Positions 28,690-39,069 are shown, counted from the stretch's first letter. The stretch: 64,000 nucleotides of DNA from an uncultured Parachlamydiaceae bacterium (GCA_963742415.1 CAVULX010000003.1:512001-576000), one strand, 5' to 3'. The notes: generated by a model not told the origin, from the letters alone. A program made the numbers and translations.

Positions 28690-29046
28690 TTATTTTTTCC
28701 GGGTGAAAAACGCATTTATTTCTTCTCTAAAGTCTTGGCACCCTTTTTTGGCAGCCAGTTTTTGCATCCATCTCTCATTATTGGACTCGGCAACGAGTTT
28801 AGCCAGCTGGTCGATATGGGAGGTTTTAGAGGATCTAATCTGATCTTTGATTTTTTCTTTTAGCACTTCTTCCCAGGCTTGATCGGCCAATTCTAAGAGT
28901 CTATCCGCATAAGATTCATGTTCATGACAAGATTGGTGATCGTGGTGGATTTCGCAAACTCCCGCTTCACAACAACAACAGTGATCGTGGTGATGAGAGC
29001 AACACTGATCATGTTGATGTTCGTGGCCATGATGATGGTGTGCCAT
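28690..29046 (-). CDS. His/Cys-rich putative metal-binding protein
   Basis: MAHHHHGHEHQHDQCCSHHHDHCCCCEAGVCEIHHDH followed by a helical domain; SD AAGGAGG. Confidence 0.8.
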   Translation of the reverse strand: MAHHHHGHEHQHDQCCSHHHDHCCCCEAGVCEIHHDHQSCHEHESYADRLLELADQAWEEVLKEKIKDQIRSSKTSHIDQLAKLVAESNNERWMQKLAAKKGCQDFREEINAFFTRKK

Positions 29047-29217
29047 AGTCTCCTCCTTTACACTTAAAATTTTGTTATAACATTGTTCTTTAACCTATGG
29101 CATTCTTTTCAGAAAGAATCAATAAAAACCGTTAAAAAATAATAATTCTTGAATCGTTGAGACCGAATCGATTAAAATTGTTTTTTCTGTAATATCGAGG
29201 GTTCAAAAAAGTCACAC

Positions 29218-30933
29218 ATGGCCGATAAACCAAGTGCATTACATACGTTGGCATTGGAAATCAATAGCCATACGATCAAAGGAGCGCAACTGACCTTACG
29301 AAAAGGGAAGCCTTCCCTCGTGCGTCTTTTTGAAATCCCTTTTCCATCAAAGGGGGAAGGGGGTTCTGAAAGTCTCCCATCGATTTTTTCAGGGGAAGCT
29401 GGGCAAGCCTTATTAAAAGCTACCCACAAAACCCTTGTTGTCTCTTTGCTTAACACAAATGAAGTGCTGGTGCGCCAACTCGAAGTCAAACTCAAAAAAG
29501 AGAGCGACATCGATGCGGTGCTCGAATTTCAAGCGGAACCCCTGCTCCCTTATTCTGTTGAAAATGCGATTGTCGATCGGCAGGTCCTGGTCAGCACGTC
29601 CGATGGCACCTTGCTGACTATTTTGGCTGCAAGGAAAGACCATCTTCAGCAGCACCTTGAATTTTATAAAGCCCTCGGTATTGATCCTGAAGTCATTTCT
29701 TGCACGCCGGTGGCGCTTGCCTATTTTTCACACGTTTTTGCTCAATCCGCCACCCCTCAATTTCTCGTCCATATCAGCCATGCCTCCACCTCATGCCTCT
29801 TAGTCAAAGAGGGGAAACTCATCGCAGCTCAAGGGATTCCGCAAGGCATTGAACAGATCCTTGCAGCCTATAAGAAGGATGTCGAAAAAACAGGCGTTGA
29901 GCTGCCATTGGATACAGTTGATTTTTCTGCTGTCAAAAAAGAGGCCAACCCCTTTTTAGCTGAAGCCATCGAAGGGCTCCATCTTGAAATTACCCGCACC
30001 CTTTATGCTCTTTCTAAGCAAGCAAAAGGGCAGGAGGTGGGTCAGATTTTAGTGACAGGGGAAGCAGGAAAATACAAAAACTTATCGGCGGTTCTTTGCC
30101 AGCAGTTGAATAAAATCCTTGTGGCTCCCTCCCCTATACCTGAATTCAACCTGACTGCAGAGCAATTAGAACGGTTTGCCATTCCTATTGGAGGAGCGAT
30201 GTCGGTTCTTTCGGGAACTCAAAATGAGATCGATTTTAGGCAAAAAGAATTTGCTTACCCCAATCCATGGAAACGGTATAAAACACCTGTTTTTACCTAT
30301 ATCGGACTCTGCTTTATCCTAGCTATTGCCATCTATTTTTTTGGCAATGCTTATCTCAAAAATGAAGAAGATGGGATGCGCCTTCAATTTTCTGAACTCC
30401 TTCAATCGATGAACAAACCCTATAATGAATTTGACCATGAATACACCTCGAAAATGGGTGGAAAGCTTCCCTTAGAAGAAAAAGAAGCCACCCCTATTCA
30501 AACCTTGAGTGAAGATGACGTATTAGGGCGGCTCCGTTTTATTGAAAAAGAGCTGAAAACCATTCCGGAAAGCTACCCCTTGCTGCCCAATACTCCTACT
30601 GTCAGTGATGTTTTTGCCTGGTTGGCCACACAACCTTTTGTGGTGGGAAAAGACGCAAAGACAGGTGCAAAAATTCCCCTTCTGCAGATCGAAAGCTTTT
30701 CTTATACCCTTGTCAAGCGGCCAGAAGTGACGAAAAAACAAGAAAAATACCAAGTGAAAGTCGAGCTTGAATTCAGCAGTCCGACGCCGAAACTCGCCCG
30801 GGAATTCCATGATGCGTTGATAGCTCCAAACAATTTCGTGGATCCGAAAGGGGATGTTAAATGGAGCACAAATCGGGGCCTCTATCGGGCTTCGTTTTTT
30901 TTAAAAGATAAAACTTCATACCCTTCACCTTAG
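29218..30933 (+). CDS. PilM/GspL-like protein (conserved chlamydial)
   Basis: Actin-like fold cues (FQAEPLLPY, GIDPEVIS, ILVTGE), single TM near aa 360; synteny recalled from Chlamydia. Confidence 0.65.
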   Translation: MADKPSALHTLALEINSHTIKGAQLTLRKGKPSLVRLFEIPFPSKGEGGSESLPSIFSGEAGQALLKATHKTLVVSLLNTNEVLVRQLEVKLKKESDIDAVLEFQAEPLLPYSVENAIVDRQVLVSTSDGTLLTILAARKDHLQQHLEFYKALGIDPEVISCTPVALAYFSHVFAQSATPQFLVHISHASTSCLLVKEGKLIAAQGIPQGIEQILAAYKKDVEKTGVELPLDTVDFSAVKKEANPFLAEAIEGLHLEITRTLYALSKQAKGQEVGQILVTGEAGKYKNLSAVLCQQLNKILVAPSPIPEFNLTAEQLERFAIPIGGAMSVLSGTQNEIDFRQKEFAYPNPWKRYKTPVFTYIGLCFILAIAIYFFGNAYLKNEEDGMRLQFSELLQSMNKPYNEFDHEYTSKMGGKLPLEEKEATPIQTLSEDDVLGRLRFIEKELKTIPESYPLLPNTPTVSDVFAWLATQPFVVGKDAKTGAKIPLLQIESFSYTLVKRPEVTKKQEKYQVKVELEFSSPTPKLAREFHDALIAPNNFVDPKGDVKWSTNRGLYRASFFLKDKTSYPSP

Positions 30934-30944
30934 GTAGATAGGCT

Positions 30945-31568
30945 ATGTTCTCTAATATTCCTCAATCCCGGCTTCTTCTGTACGTGATGCTGTTAGGATT
31001 GCTTCCGATAGGCCTTGCTATTTTCAATTTTATGACTCAGCAAAATAAATTAAATTTAGTTGAAATGACGATTCTCATGCTGGGGGATCAAGCGGCTACC
31101 CAGAAAAAGAAACAAGCAGTCAACATTGCTGTACGGAATAACTTTCGTGATGCAGACCATTTTTATATCGATAAACATTTAGAAACTATCGAGTTTTTAG
31201 AACCTGAAGTCGAGAGCCTTCAAAAAGTTCTCAAGAATAAAAATTTCGCCGATGATGAAAACATCAAAAAGCGGCTTGATTTTCTCACCGGCACCCAAAA
31301 TAAGCTGATCTTTACCGAAGGCGTTGTGCAATCCACACCCCTTTTTCAGGAAACCACAGAGACTCTCGTTCACCCGGTTGAAGTCGATGTCAATGACATC
31401 AAAGTTTTATTGGCGAAAATAGAAGGCACTGAAATCGGCAAGGAGGGCCCAAGTCCAAACCGTCCTCAGTTAATCATCCTCGACTTCAAAATCGAAAAAA
31501 AGCATGTGACTGAAAAAAATGAAGTTTTCCTGCTCAACTTAAAACTTCTCAAGCGAGAATTTCTGTAA
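30945..31568 (+). CDS. Conserved chlamydial hypothetical membrane-anchored protein
   Basis: 207 aa, N-terminal TM, operonic. Confidence 0.75.
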   Translation: MFSNIPQSRLLLYVMLLGLLPIGLAIFNFMTQQNKLNLVEMTILMLGDQAATQKKKQAVNIAVRNNFRDADHFYIDKHLETIEFLEPEVESLQKVLKNKNFADDENIKKRLDFLTGTQNKLIFTEGVVQSTPLFQETTETLVHPVEVDVNDIKVLLAKIEGTEIGKEGPSPNRPQLIILDFKIEKKHVTEKNEVFLLNLKLLKREFL

Positions 31569-32857
31569 TGGCTTCTTCGAAATTTTATTTACTATTTATT
31601 TGTGGTTTGATGCTGCTTTTTTCCAGCTGCGCATCCCACCGATTTTATGAATCTTGTTCCCAACTGACTAATATCAATATCATCGATCGGGATGGAATTT
31701 CCGAGACCATTAGCAATCCTGAAAGGGTAAAGCGTTATCGAGATATCAATTTTCTTTGCAATCAACCCTACCAAAAGGTTCTTCGTGTTTACAGCATGAA
31801 TAGGGAGGGGAACATTTTAGCCTATGTGACCTGTTACCATCCCAACGGGCAAATTAAACAGTATCTTGAAGTTGTTAATGGACGGGCGTTTGGTGTTTTT
31901 AGAGAATGGTATTCCGATGGGATCATGAAGGTCGAAGCTTGTGTGGTCGGCGGGGATGCCGACATCACAACAGCTTCTGAAAAGACATGGCTTTTCGATG
32001 GCTGCAATCAAGCCTGGGATGAACAAGGACGATTATCTGCCGCCATTCTTTATGAAAAAGGGGTGCTTCAAGGCGAATCTCTGTACTACCATACCAATGG
32101 AAATGTTTGGAAAAAGGTCCCATTTGAAAAAAATGAAGTGAACGGAACTTATGAAGTCTTTTTAGAAGATGGCCGCCTCCTACTTTCTTCTGAATATAAA
32201 AATGGACAACGGCATGGCTGTACGACACGTTATTGGGGCGACGGGTCCATCTCTTCGGATGAAACATTTTGCGATGGAAGATTGATCGAAGGGCATTATT
32301 ACGACCTGTGTGGAAATGAAGTGGCCCGGATTGATCAAGGCAATGGAGAAAGGGCCATATTTGGAAAAAACTCCCTCATCGAATTGCATGAGTATCGAGA
32401 TGGGATTTTAGAAGGGGAAATCAAAATCTTTGGGCGATATCATAATTTGTTTCGGGTTTTCCATATCAAAAATGGTCTCAAACATGGGGAAGAAATAGAA
32501 TACTATGAGAAGCCGGTTAAAGGGCAGGCCTTGCAACCTAAGCTGCTTGTTTCATGGTATGATTCCAAAATTCAAGGGGTTTGCAAAACGTGGTATGACA
32601 ACGGAATGTTGGAAAGCCAGCGGGAAATGAGCAATAATGCTAAAAATGGAATGCTGACGGCATGGTATAGAGATGGAAATCTCATGTTGATCGAAGACTA
32701 TGAGCGAAATAAACTGATGCGGGGAGAATACTATAAAAAAGGGGAAAAAACCCCTATCAGCACAATCAGCTTTGGCAAAGGAATAGCGACTCTGTATGGT
32801 TCTGAAGGGCATTTCATGAGAAAAGTAAGCTACCTCAATGGAGCGCCTGTAGAATGA
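31568..32857 (+). CDS. MORN-variant repeat (YwqK-like) lipoprotein
   Basis: Lipobox-like FSSC; repeated YH.NG/WY.DG...G.L.G motifs. Confidence 0.8.
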   Translation: MASSKFYLLFICGLMLLFSSCASHRFYESCSQLTNINIIDRDGISETISNPERVKRYRDINFLCNQPYQKVLRVYSMNREGNILAYVTCYHPNGQIKQYLEVVNGRAFGVFREWYSDGIMKVEACVVGGDADITTASEKTWLFDGCNQAWDEQGRLSAAILYEKGVLQGESLYYHTNGNVWKKVPFEKNEVNGTYEVFLEDGRLLLSSEYKNGQRHGCTTRYWGDGSISSDETFCDGRLIEGHYYDLCGNEVARIDQGNGERAIFGKNSLIELHEYRDGILEGEIKIFGRYHNLFRVFHIKNGLKHGEEIEYYEKPVKGQALQPKLLVSWYDSKIQGVCKTWYDNGMLESQREMSNNAKNGMLTAWYRDGNLMLIEDYERNKLMRGEYYKKGEKTPISTISFGKGIATLYGSEGHFMRKVSYLNGAPVE

Positions 32858-33399
32858 GTTGGGTTGAAGGCCAAAAAAAGGAGCTTCGCCTCCAAGCTCG
32901 ATCCATGAGAAAAAAGATAGGAGCCGAGCGGCGAACAGAAGCGGAAGACCGGGCTTTTCAATCTCTGACAGAAAAAGTCCAGCTCGCGGCTTGGGTGTTA
33001 TCTTACGCTTCCTTCGGGGATGAATTTGATACATGGAAAATTAATGGTTGGCTCGCAGACAAAGGGGCTTTAGTCCTTCCGAAGATGGAGCAAATGGGTT
33101 TGAAGCTTTATCAGGTCGAAAAGATCGATTTGCAATTGCAAACAAATAGTTGGGGCATTAGGGAGCCTATCCCTGAGAAATGCTGCGAAGTCGATCCTTC
33201 AAAAATTTCGTTGGCTCTTATCCCTGGATTGGCCTTCGATCCTTTTTTTCAGCGGCTCGGCTATGGCCAAGGCTATTACGATCGTCTCCTTCCCAAGCTT
33301 GCATTTCGCTTTGGGCTCGGCTTTATCGAACAAACCGTGGCTTTTCCTCTCCCCACCTTGCCCACCGACGTTCCCCTGTCCGGCCTCTTTTTGTTTTAG
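32854..33399 (+). CDS. ygfA: 5-formyltetrahydrofolate cyclo-ligase
   Basis: KKELR, WGIREP, IPGLAFD...RLGYGQGYYDRLL. Confidence 0.93.
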   Translation: MSWVEGQKKELRLQARSMRKKIGAERRTEAEDRAFQSLTEKVQLAAWVLSYASFGDEFDTWKINGWLADKGALVLPKMEQMGLKLYQVEKIDLQLQTNSWGIREPIPEKCCEVDPSKISLALIPGLAFDPFFQRLGYGQGYYDRLLPKLAFRFGLGFIEQTVAFPLPTLPTDVPLSGLFLF

Positions 33400-33409
33400 C
33401 TGAGCCAAG

Positions 33410-34036
33410 TTAAGAGCTAGGTGTTTTCTGAAAATACCAAACATTGTCATTCACATGCAGGGTCAAGTCAAGCGCTGTAGCTGCGCGAGTGACACCGCTT
33501 TGCACCGACTTATCGTACCAATTATTTCCACAAAGGGTTCCATTATTGGATAAATGGGGAAACCAAGCTAAGATTTCTGCGTAAATTTCGTCCCGGTTGT
33601 TTGCACCGACTAAGCTGATGAAATCAGCTGTAATATTCAAAGAATTGGCTGCTTCAAGCGAACTCATCCGAATCGGAGTGATCAAGTTAGTTGTGTTTTC
33701 TTGTTTGACGTTAGATAGAAATTTTTGAAAGAGAAACTTTTGAGAAGGCTCTTTCGTTTGCCACATGCTTATAGAAAAAATTTGTGTCACAGTGGGCAAG
33801 TTGGGCGCTTGTTGAGCTACAAATCTAGCGACGCCTCCATCTTGAGAGTCTATGTCAATGATAACAGCCGCTTGGCTTGTATTTATCAAATTATAGTACA
33901 CATACCCATCAAGAACGAAGTAGGGGGTTTGAGGCAGGTTGTTCACAGAATTATAAGGCTGAGGCAAGTCGCCATAGACAGATGCTGTGGTCAAGAAAGT
34001 AGATAAGAAAAGTAAATTTCTTAAATATTTGTTCAT
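33410..34036 (-). CDS. Secreted class I methyltransferase-fold protein (degenerate)
   Basis: Signal peptide; ITPIRMSSLEAA, AWFPHL..NGTLCGNNW; start at MNKYL. Confidence 0.6.
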   Translation of the reverse strand: MNKYLRNLLFLSTFLTTASVYGDLPQPYNSVNNLPQTPYFVLDGYVYYNLINTSQAAVIIDIDSQDGGVARFVAQQAPNLPTVTQIFSISMWQTKEPSQKFLFQKFLSNVKQENTTNLITPIRMSSLEAANSLNITADFISLVGANNRDEIYAEILAWFPHLSNNGTLCGNNWYDKSVQSGVTRAATALDLTLHVNDNVWYFQKTPSS

Positions 34037-34202
34037 AATTCCCCCTTTTGATTTGGGTGCAGTTAAATTTTTTTTACTGCTTTTAATAAAAAGATTCAAG
34101 AATTTTTGCTGACAACATTTGATGCAAAAGTTTCGATTCTTATTGAAAATATCGTAGGAAACGGAATACAATTTTTTTCTCTTAATGAATCGAGGCGCAA
34201 TC

Positions 34203-35108
34203 ATGTTTAAAAAAATATTTTCCGTTCCCATTTTCCTTCTCTTTGCTTTATTTACATCAACCACGGCAAGTGCCAAATTTTTAGAGACGAATCGTTTTTC
34301 CGATATTTTACCGGAGATCGATCAAGAGACTCTTGTTCTTGTCGATATCGACGAGACGATCTTGACAATGCCGGGTTCTCTAGGAACGACCGCTTGCTGG
34401 GATCATTTCATAGAAGTTCTTTCCCGTTTAAATTTTGATAAGAAAAACTGGTTTCCTGCCTTGACTCCTACGATTTATAAAATTACAAGGACCCTGCCTG
34501 CAGTTGCCGTAGAGCCTGATGCCGCTTCTGTTATCCGTTCTTTGCAAGAGCGGGGGATTACAGTTTGGTCTTTAACGGGAAGAGACAAAGAAGCCCCTTG
34601 GGATCGCCACTCTTCCACCCTGACGCGAAACCAACTCAACTCCCTGGGAGTCGACTTTGAAAAAAGCGCCCTTCCTGCAGGTGTTCTCTTCAACACAGCA
34701 GTTCCACCCAAAAATTACGCTTATGGAATCATCTTTACAAATCAAACCTTAAAAGGTCCTGTTCTGGTGGAATTTCTTACCGCTATTCAATATCGGCCAA
34801 AAAAAATTGTGATGATCGATGATTTGCATGAGCAGCTCGTTTCTCTGCATGAAGAGCTTGATAAAGCCGGCATTCCCGTGGTATGCGTCCACTACAAACG
34901 CCTTAAGGAAAGAGAGGAGAACCTCGATCCGATGATCGTTAATATTCAACTTCAAGAATTGATGAAAAGTAACAAAATTATAAGCGATGAAGAAGCCAAG
35001 CAGATGAAGCAAAAAATGCTGACTGAATCCCCAGGGATCGCGGCCGATTTTTATTTGGAAGAATTGTTCCAAAAAATAAAACAGGAAATGATAGAATCAA
35101 AAACTTAA
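34203..35108 (+). CDS. DUF2608/HAD-superfamily secreted protein
   Basis: Signal peptide; LVDIDET, LTGR, KG, MIDD. Confidence 0.8.
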   Translation: MFKKIFSVPIFLLFALFTSTTASAKFLETNRFSDILPEIDQETLVLVDIDETILTMPGSLGTTACWDHFIEVLSRLNFDKKNWFPALTPTIYKITRTLPAVAVEPDAASVIRSLQERGITVWSLTGRDKEAPWDRHSSTLTRNQLNSLGVDFEKSALPAGVLFNTAVPPKNYAYGIIFTNQTLKGPVLVEFLTAIQYRPKKIVMIDDLHEQLVSLHEELDKAGIPVVCVHYKRLKEREENLDPMIVNIQLQELMKSNKIISDEEAKQMKQKMLTESPGIAADFYLEELFQKIKQEMIESKT

Positions 35109-35147
35109 AAAGATATTCACGCCATTAAGAGCTTTAAGGAGTTATTC

Positions 35148-36212
35148 ATGTCTCATTCAGATCAAGAGCGGAAAAAAGCGTTAGACCTTGCTGTCAGCCA
35201 TATTAAAAAGCAATTTGGGGACGGCGCCATCATGTCGTTTGGAAAGCATTCTTCCGGACGGGAAGTAAGCGTCATCAAAACAGGAGCGTTGTCGCTTGAT
35301 GCTGCTTTAGGAATAGGGGGATTGCCCCGCGGAAGAATCGTGGAAATTTTTGGGCCGGAATCCTCGGGGAAGTCCACTTTGGCGCTCCATGCGGTGGCCA
35401 ATGCGCAACGCACCGGCGGTGTGGCCGCTTATATTGATGCAGAACATGCTTTGGACCCCAGCTATGCGACTAAGATCGGCGTCAATATCGATGAACTGCT
35501 TATTTCTCAGCCGGACAGTGGTGAAGAGGCATTAAATATTGCGGAAACACTGGCGCGGTCCAATGCCATCGATGTCATTGTGATCGACTCGGTTGCCGCC
35601 CTCGTTCCAAAATCGGAACTCGAAGGGGAGATTGGTGATTCATTTATAGGACTGCAAGCCCGTCTGATGTCGCAAGCGTTGCGCAAGTTGACAGCCTCTT
35701 TAGCTAAAAGCAACACCTGTGCGATTTTTATCAACCAGATCCGGGAAAAAATCGGAGTGATGTATGGCAGCCCTGAAACGACGACGGGGGGGAGAGCCTT
35801 AAAGTTTTATGCTTCGATACGACTGGATATCCGGCGGATGGCGGGGATCAAAGGGGCTGATAATGGAGAGATCGGCAATCGGGTAAAAGTGAAAGTGGTT
35901 AAAAATAAGATGGCTCCTCCTTTCCAAGTGGGTGAATTTGACATCCTTTTTGACGAAGGGATTTCCCGCAGCGGCACCGTCACCGATATGGCGACAGAAT
36001 ACAACATCATCGAAAAAAAGGGGGCGTGGTTCAGCTATAAAGGGCAGCGGTACCAAGGAAGGGAAGCGGTGCTTAAAGAATTGAAAAAAAATAACCAGCT
36101 TTTAGACGAACTTGAAAACCTTGTTTTAGCGCACCACAAAGAGAAGCGTCCTAAAGGCGGCGTCAAGGCTCCTGTCGATTCAGAACCCGCTTTAGAGCCC
36201 GTAGAGGCCTAA
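35148..36212 (+). CDS. recA: Recombinase A
   Basis: [35 protein letters not shown]. Confidence 0.99.
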   Translation: MSHSDQERKKALDLAVSHIKKQFGDGAIMSFGKHSSGREVSVIKTGALSLDAALGIGGLPRGRIVEIFGPESSGKSTLALHAVANAQRTGGVAAYIDAEHALDPSYATKIGVNIDELLISQPDSGEEALNIAETLARSNAIDVIVIDSVAALVPKSELEGEIGDSFIGLQARLMSQALRKLTASLAKSNTCAIFINQIREKIGVMYGSPETTTGGRALKFYASIRLDIRRMAGIKGADNGEIGNRVKVKVVKNKMAPPFQVGEFDILFDEGISRSGTVTDMATEYNIIEKKGAWFSYKGQRYQGREAVLKELKKNNQLLDELENLVLAHHKEKRPKGGVKAPVDSEPALEPVEA

Positions 36213-36231
36213 TAAAATGTCCAAAATTCAG

Positions 36232-36264
36232 GATGCTGGTTTAGTTTTAAATCAGCATCTTTTT
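36232..36264 (+). terminator. Probable intrinsic terminator of recA
   Basis: gatgctggttt...aaatcagcatc followed by ttttt. Confidence 0.55.
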
Positions 36265-36330
36265 GATTGAGTATGATCGATCATAATTAGTCGATGCTGA
36301 TTTAACATCTATATCTACAAAAAAAGAATT

Positions 36331-36611
36331 TTATGCCGTCCTTTCAGGACTCTGTTTATTTTGCATTTTTCCCAGGCCTTCGCTTCGCTACGACCTGGGC
36401 TATAACATTTCGGCCTTTCAGGCCGTTTTCAGCGCCGAAGGCGCGTTGAAGTTTGGAATGGTTTTTAAATAAATTCCCGAAGGGAATTTATGTTGATTGA
36501 GAAATGTCCAAGCTCGAGAGCGCCGGAGGCGCGGAATATCATAGCCCAGGTCGAGCGAAGCGAAGGCCTGGGTAAAATGCAAAAAAACAGAGTCCTGTAA
36601 GGACGGCATAA
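36331..36611. repeat. Long palindromic REP/REPIN-like element, family B, with a 73-bp insert
   Basis: ~80-bp arms ttatgccgtcc...cctgggcta / tagcccagg...ggacggcataa; homologous to 53478-53676. Confidence 0.9.
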
Positions 36612-36616
36612 CTTAA

Positions 36617-36846
36617 TTACCTCTCAAAGTCAGCTAGAATATCATCTGATAGAGGTGCATCAAAATCTTTAGCTATCTTAATTTTTCCCTTCAGAATACC
36701 AAACCGACGCTCTGTTTTCCTTTCAAGGGGGCTAAGTTTAGCCACTGGTTTCCCTGCCATAGCATTAAAATTTCATTTCCGTGAATGACAGAGTCCACAA
36801 GCTTCGAAAAATGTGTTTTTGTTTCATGTATATTAACAATGCACAT
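36617..36846 (-). pseudogene. Phd/YefM-family antitoxin with a 1-bp frameshift; toxin absent
   Basis: MCIVNIHETKTHFSKLVDSVIHGNEIL-[fs]-AMAGKPVAKLSPL...RRFGILKGKIKIAKDFDAPLSDDILADFER*. Confidence 0.85.
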
Positions 36847-36887
36847 AGTTTGTCTGCTTTGTAACTGGGCTTAATCTATTTTGAATT

Positions 36888-37595
36888 TTAGCTTTTCGAA
36901 AACAGCATTAAAACCTTGTGGCTTATGTTGTGCACGTCTGTTCTATTCAATGGAAACAAGATTATGGAGCGTGGAGCTTCCGGCAAATCCGATAATAAGT
37001 TGAAACTGGATAGGGCTGAAACCTGTAAATCATGAATTTTTGAAAACATTGTATTTATCTTTTCCTTGTTTGCATCGTCAGCCTCTCTAAGATATTCTTT
37101 TCTCAGACCGTTCTCAATGTCTTTTAGTTCTTTAAAATTAGATTCTGAATTTTTAAACCACTCTTTCACTTGGGTTAGATCTTTCCATTTTTCATCGTTT
37201 ACTTTTATATATGCTGCTCTGCGGGTGTTTATCATGTCAGTTTCATGGAGAGTGGAAAATAATCTAGCTGCGGATCCAAAGAAAACCAAGCTTGTTAGAA
37301 CCCGGTTTGCTAAAGGTTCCTTCAGAGAAAATTTTATAGAAATTAGGGAAGCCCACTTTAGGCCCAATGCCACAAAAATACTAGTCACTAATGCACCTGT
37401 TATGGCTGCAGAGACATAATAGGTGGCTTTTTTTAGAAAAAAGCCCCAGCCTCTGCGTTCATCCTGCAGCATTTTTTGCATGTCGTCAGAAATATCTTTA
37501 ATGTTGCGACCATTGCTAAACCTCTCGAACAAAGTCGTAAGTAATACCTCTTTAAAAGTAAATCCTTTTGGACCATTGCCTTTAGTGAAGGCCAT
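36888..37595 (-). CDS. Inc-like hypothetical membrane protein
   Basis: Two adjacent hydrophobic segments, then a coiled-coil-like region; SD GGAGGAG. Confidence 0.6.
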   Translation of the reverse strand: MAFTKGNGPKGFTFKEVLLTTLFERFSNGRNIKDISDDMQKMLQDERRGWGFFLKKATYYVSAAITGALVTSIFVALGLKWASLISIKFSLKEPLANRVLTSLVFFGSAARLFSTLHETDMINTRRAAYIKVNDEKWKDLTQVKEWFKNSESNFKELKDIENGLRKEYLREADDANKEKINTMFSKIHDLQVSALSSFNLLSDLPEAPRSIILFPLNRTDVHNISHKVLMLFSKS

Positions 37596-37657
37596 TCAGG
37601 TTTCTCCTCCACAATTCTAACTCAGATTTCTAGTATTCTCAATCTGAATAGAGGATC

Positions 37658-38383
37658 TCAACCGCAGAACCGCTCTTTAAAAATATTCTCAAGGATAGAT
37701 TGCATCTCTCTTCTCCCTTCTTTTAGATCCCACTCCGAACAGTTTAAGCCTAGTAGAGGGTAGCTGTTGCGATACATCGCTGTTTGGATAGCTGCAGGGG
37801 ATCCTAATACATCTTGTAAAAAATCATCTGAGGGCAATGATAGGGCGATGCTTCCTTGGTGCAATAGACCATGTTTAGTGCGCCTTTGGGCTCCTCCCCC
37901 TACTTTTTTTCCGGCAATCATGACATCATATTTTGTCGGTTTTGCCATACAGAAACATTGGCACTGTTGATCGAGTGGGATCGCCTCATTTTTTAAGAGA
38001 GTAGGGAAGCTTTGAGATCCTGAAAATCTTGTAATGGCTTCAATGACACAATTATTTATCAGGGCATAATTCGCTAAAGTGTTCAGAGAGAAAGCGGGAT
38101 GTGAAGAGCTGAGAAGGATGGAAAAAGCCAAGTCGCAATGGTGGAAGATGATACCCCCGCCCGTAGGCCGTTTGGCAAGCTGAACCTGCCATTTTTTTAT
38201 CCCCTCTTCGGAAAGAAGCAAAAACGGGTTGGCGAAATAGCCATAAGTCGCTGCATTTTGCTCCCAAGAATAGAAATGGAGGATATTATTCGAATTTTGA
38301 GAAAGGGCTTCCAGCCCTTGTTCATCCTTAGCCATTAAGCTCGCGGCAGAACTTTTTTCTGAGAGGATGACATTGAGTTGCAT
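37658..38383 (-). CDS. Lipoate-protein ligase family protein
   Basis: MAKD, LHFYSW, KRPTGGGIIFH, KKVGGGAQRR, HQGSI. Confidence 0.9.
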   Translation of the reverse strand: MQLNVILSEKSSAASLMAKDEQGLEALSQNSNNILHFYSWEQNAATYGYFANPFLLLSEEGIKKWQVQLAKRPTGGGIIFHHCDLAFSILLSSSHPAFSLNTLANYALINNCVIEAITRFSGSQSFPTLLKNEAIPLDQQCQCFCMAKPTKYDVMIAGKKVGGGAQRRTKHGLLHQGSIALSLPSDDFLQDVLGSPAAIQTAMYRNSYPLLGLNCSEWDLKEGRREMQSILENIFKERFCG

Positions 38384-38385
38384 CT

Positions 38386-39069
38386 TTATTTCGTCAAAAT
38401 AGGATTTAATTTGTCCGATAATTTATCGCCGAAGCTGTATCCCCATTGTTTAAGGGCATGTGTGTGGGGATCGTTGGGTTGGAAGGTATAAACGGCGTTG
38501 GATTTGACATAGGTGATCAATAAATAAGCATATTCTGAATTAGATCCAAGCTCTTGGAGGTCTATAGGCGAGGTAGGGTGGAAGAAGACAGCATGCCCTG
38601 GGATCCGGGAAAAGATGGAAGAGGCGGCAGCGGTTGTTGGGGATTCAACGGCAGGCCCTTTTAAACACAACATGAGCCCGCAGACAATCCCTTGAATGCA
38701 AGATAATCCATTTAAATCCCCTTGTTTGAGTAGTTCGAGATAGTTTAAAGGGGAAGGAAAATATTCGTCGAAGCCTAGCCTTAATGGCTGCTGTTGTGTG
38801 AGTTCAGAGGCAATTTCGGCAAGTTTTGGCGACGCTACGGTTTTGCGGATCGTAGGGTTGCTTCTCCATAGATCGTACCCTTGAAGGAAAAGAAGCTGAG
38901 GTTGAGCCTCCGAGAGGCCTATTACGGGGATGTTCATTCTTTGAGCAAGAACCTCCTGAATGGAATGATTCAAGGGATCCAGCTGTGCGGGAGACAGTAA
39001 GTCTTGAAATTCAATAAACCCCTGCTTATTGAAGTAATCCCGATGTTGAAAATGGACTGCAAATTTCAT
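38386..39069 (-). CDS. Chlamydial CT296/DcrA-like protein (2OG-Fe oxygenase-like fold)
   Basis: HRDYF..QGFIEF, GYDLWR, GY.FGDKL.D..NP; divergent from rnc as recalled for Chlamydia. Confidence 0.65.
   Translation of the reverse strand: MKFAVHFQHRDYFNKQGFIEFQDLLSPAQLDPLNHSIQEVLAQRMNIPVIGLSEAQPQLLFLQGYDLWRSNPTIRKTVASPKLAEIASELTQQQPLRLGFDEYFPSPLNYLELLKQGDLNGLSCIQGIVCGLMLCLKGPAVESPTTAAASSIFSRIPGHAVFFHPTSPIDLQELGSNSEYAYLLITYVKSNAVYTFQPNDPHTHALKQWGYSFGDKLSDKLNPILTK

Noticed and set aside
31568-32857. Toxin-antitoxin system based on YwqK similarity
   Set aside because: Generic MORN-variant repeats in a conserved chlamydial operon; no adjacent toxin
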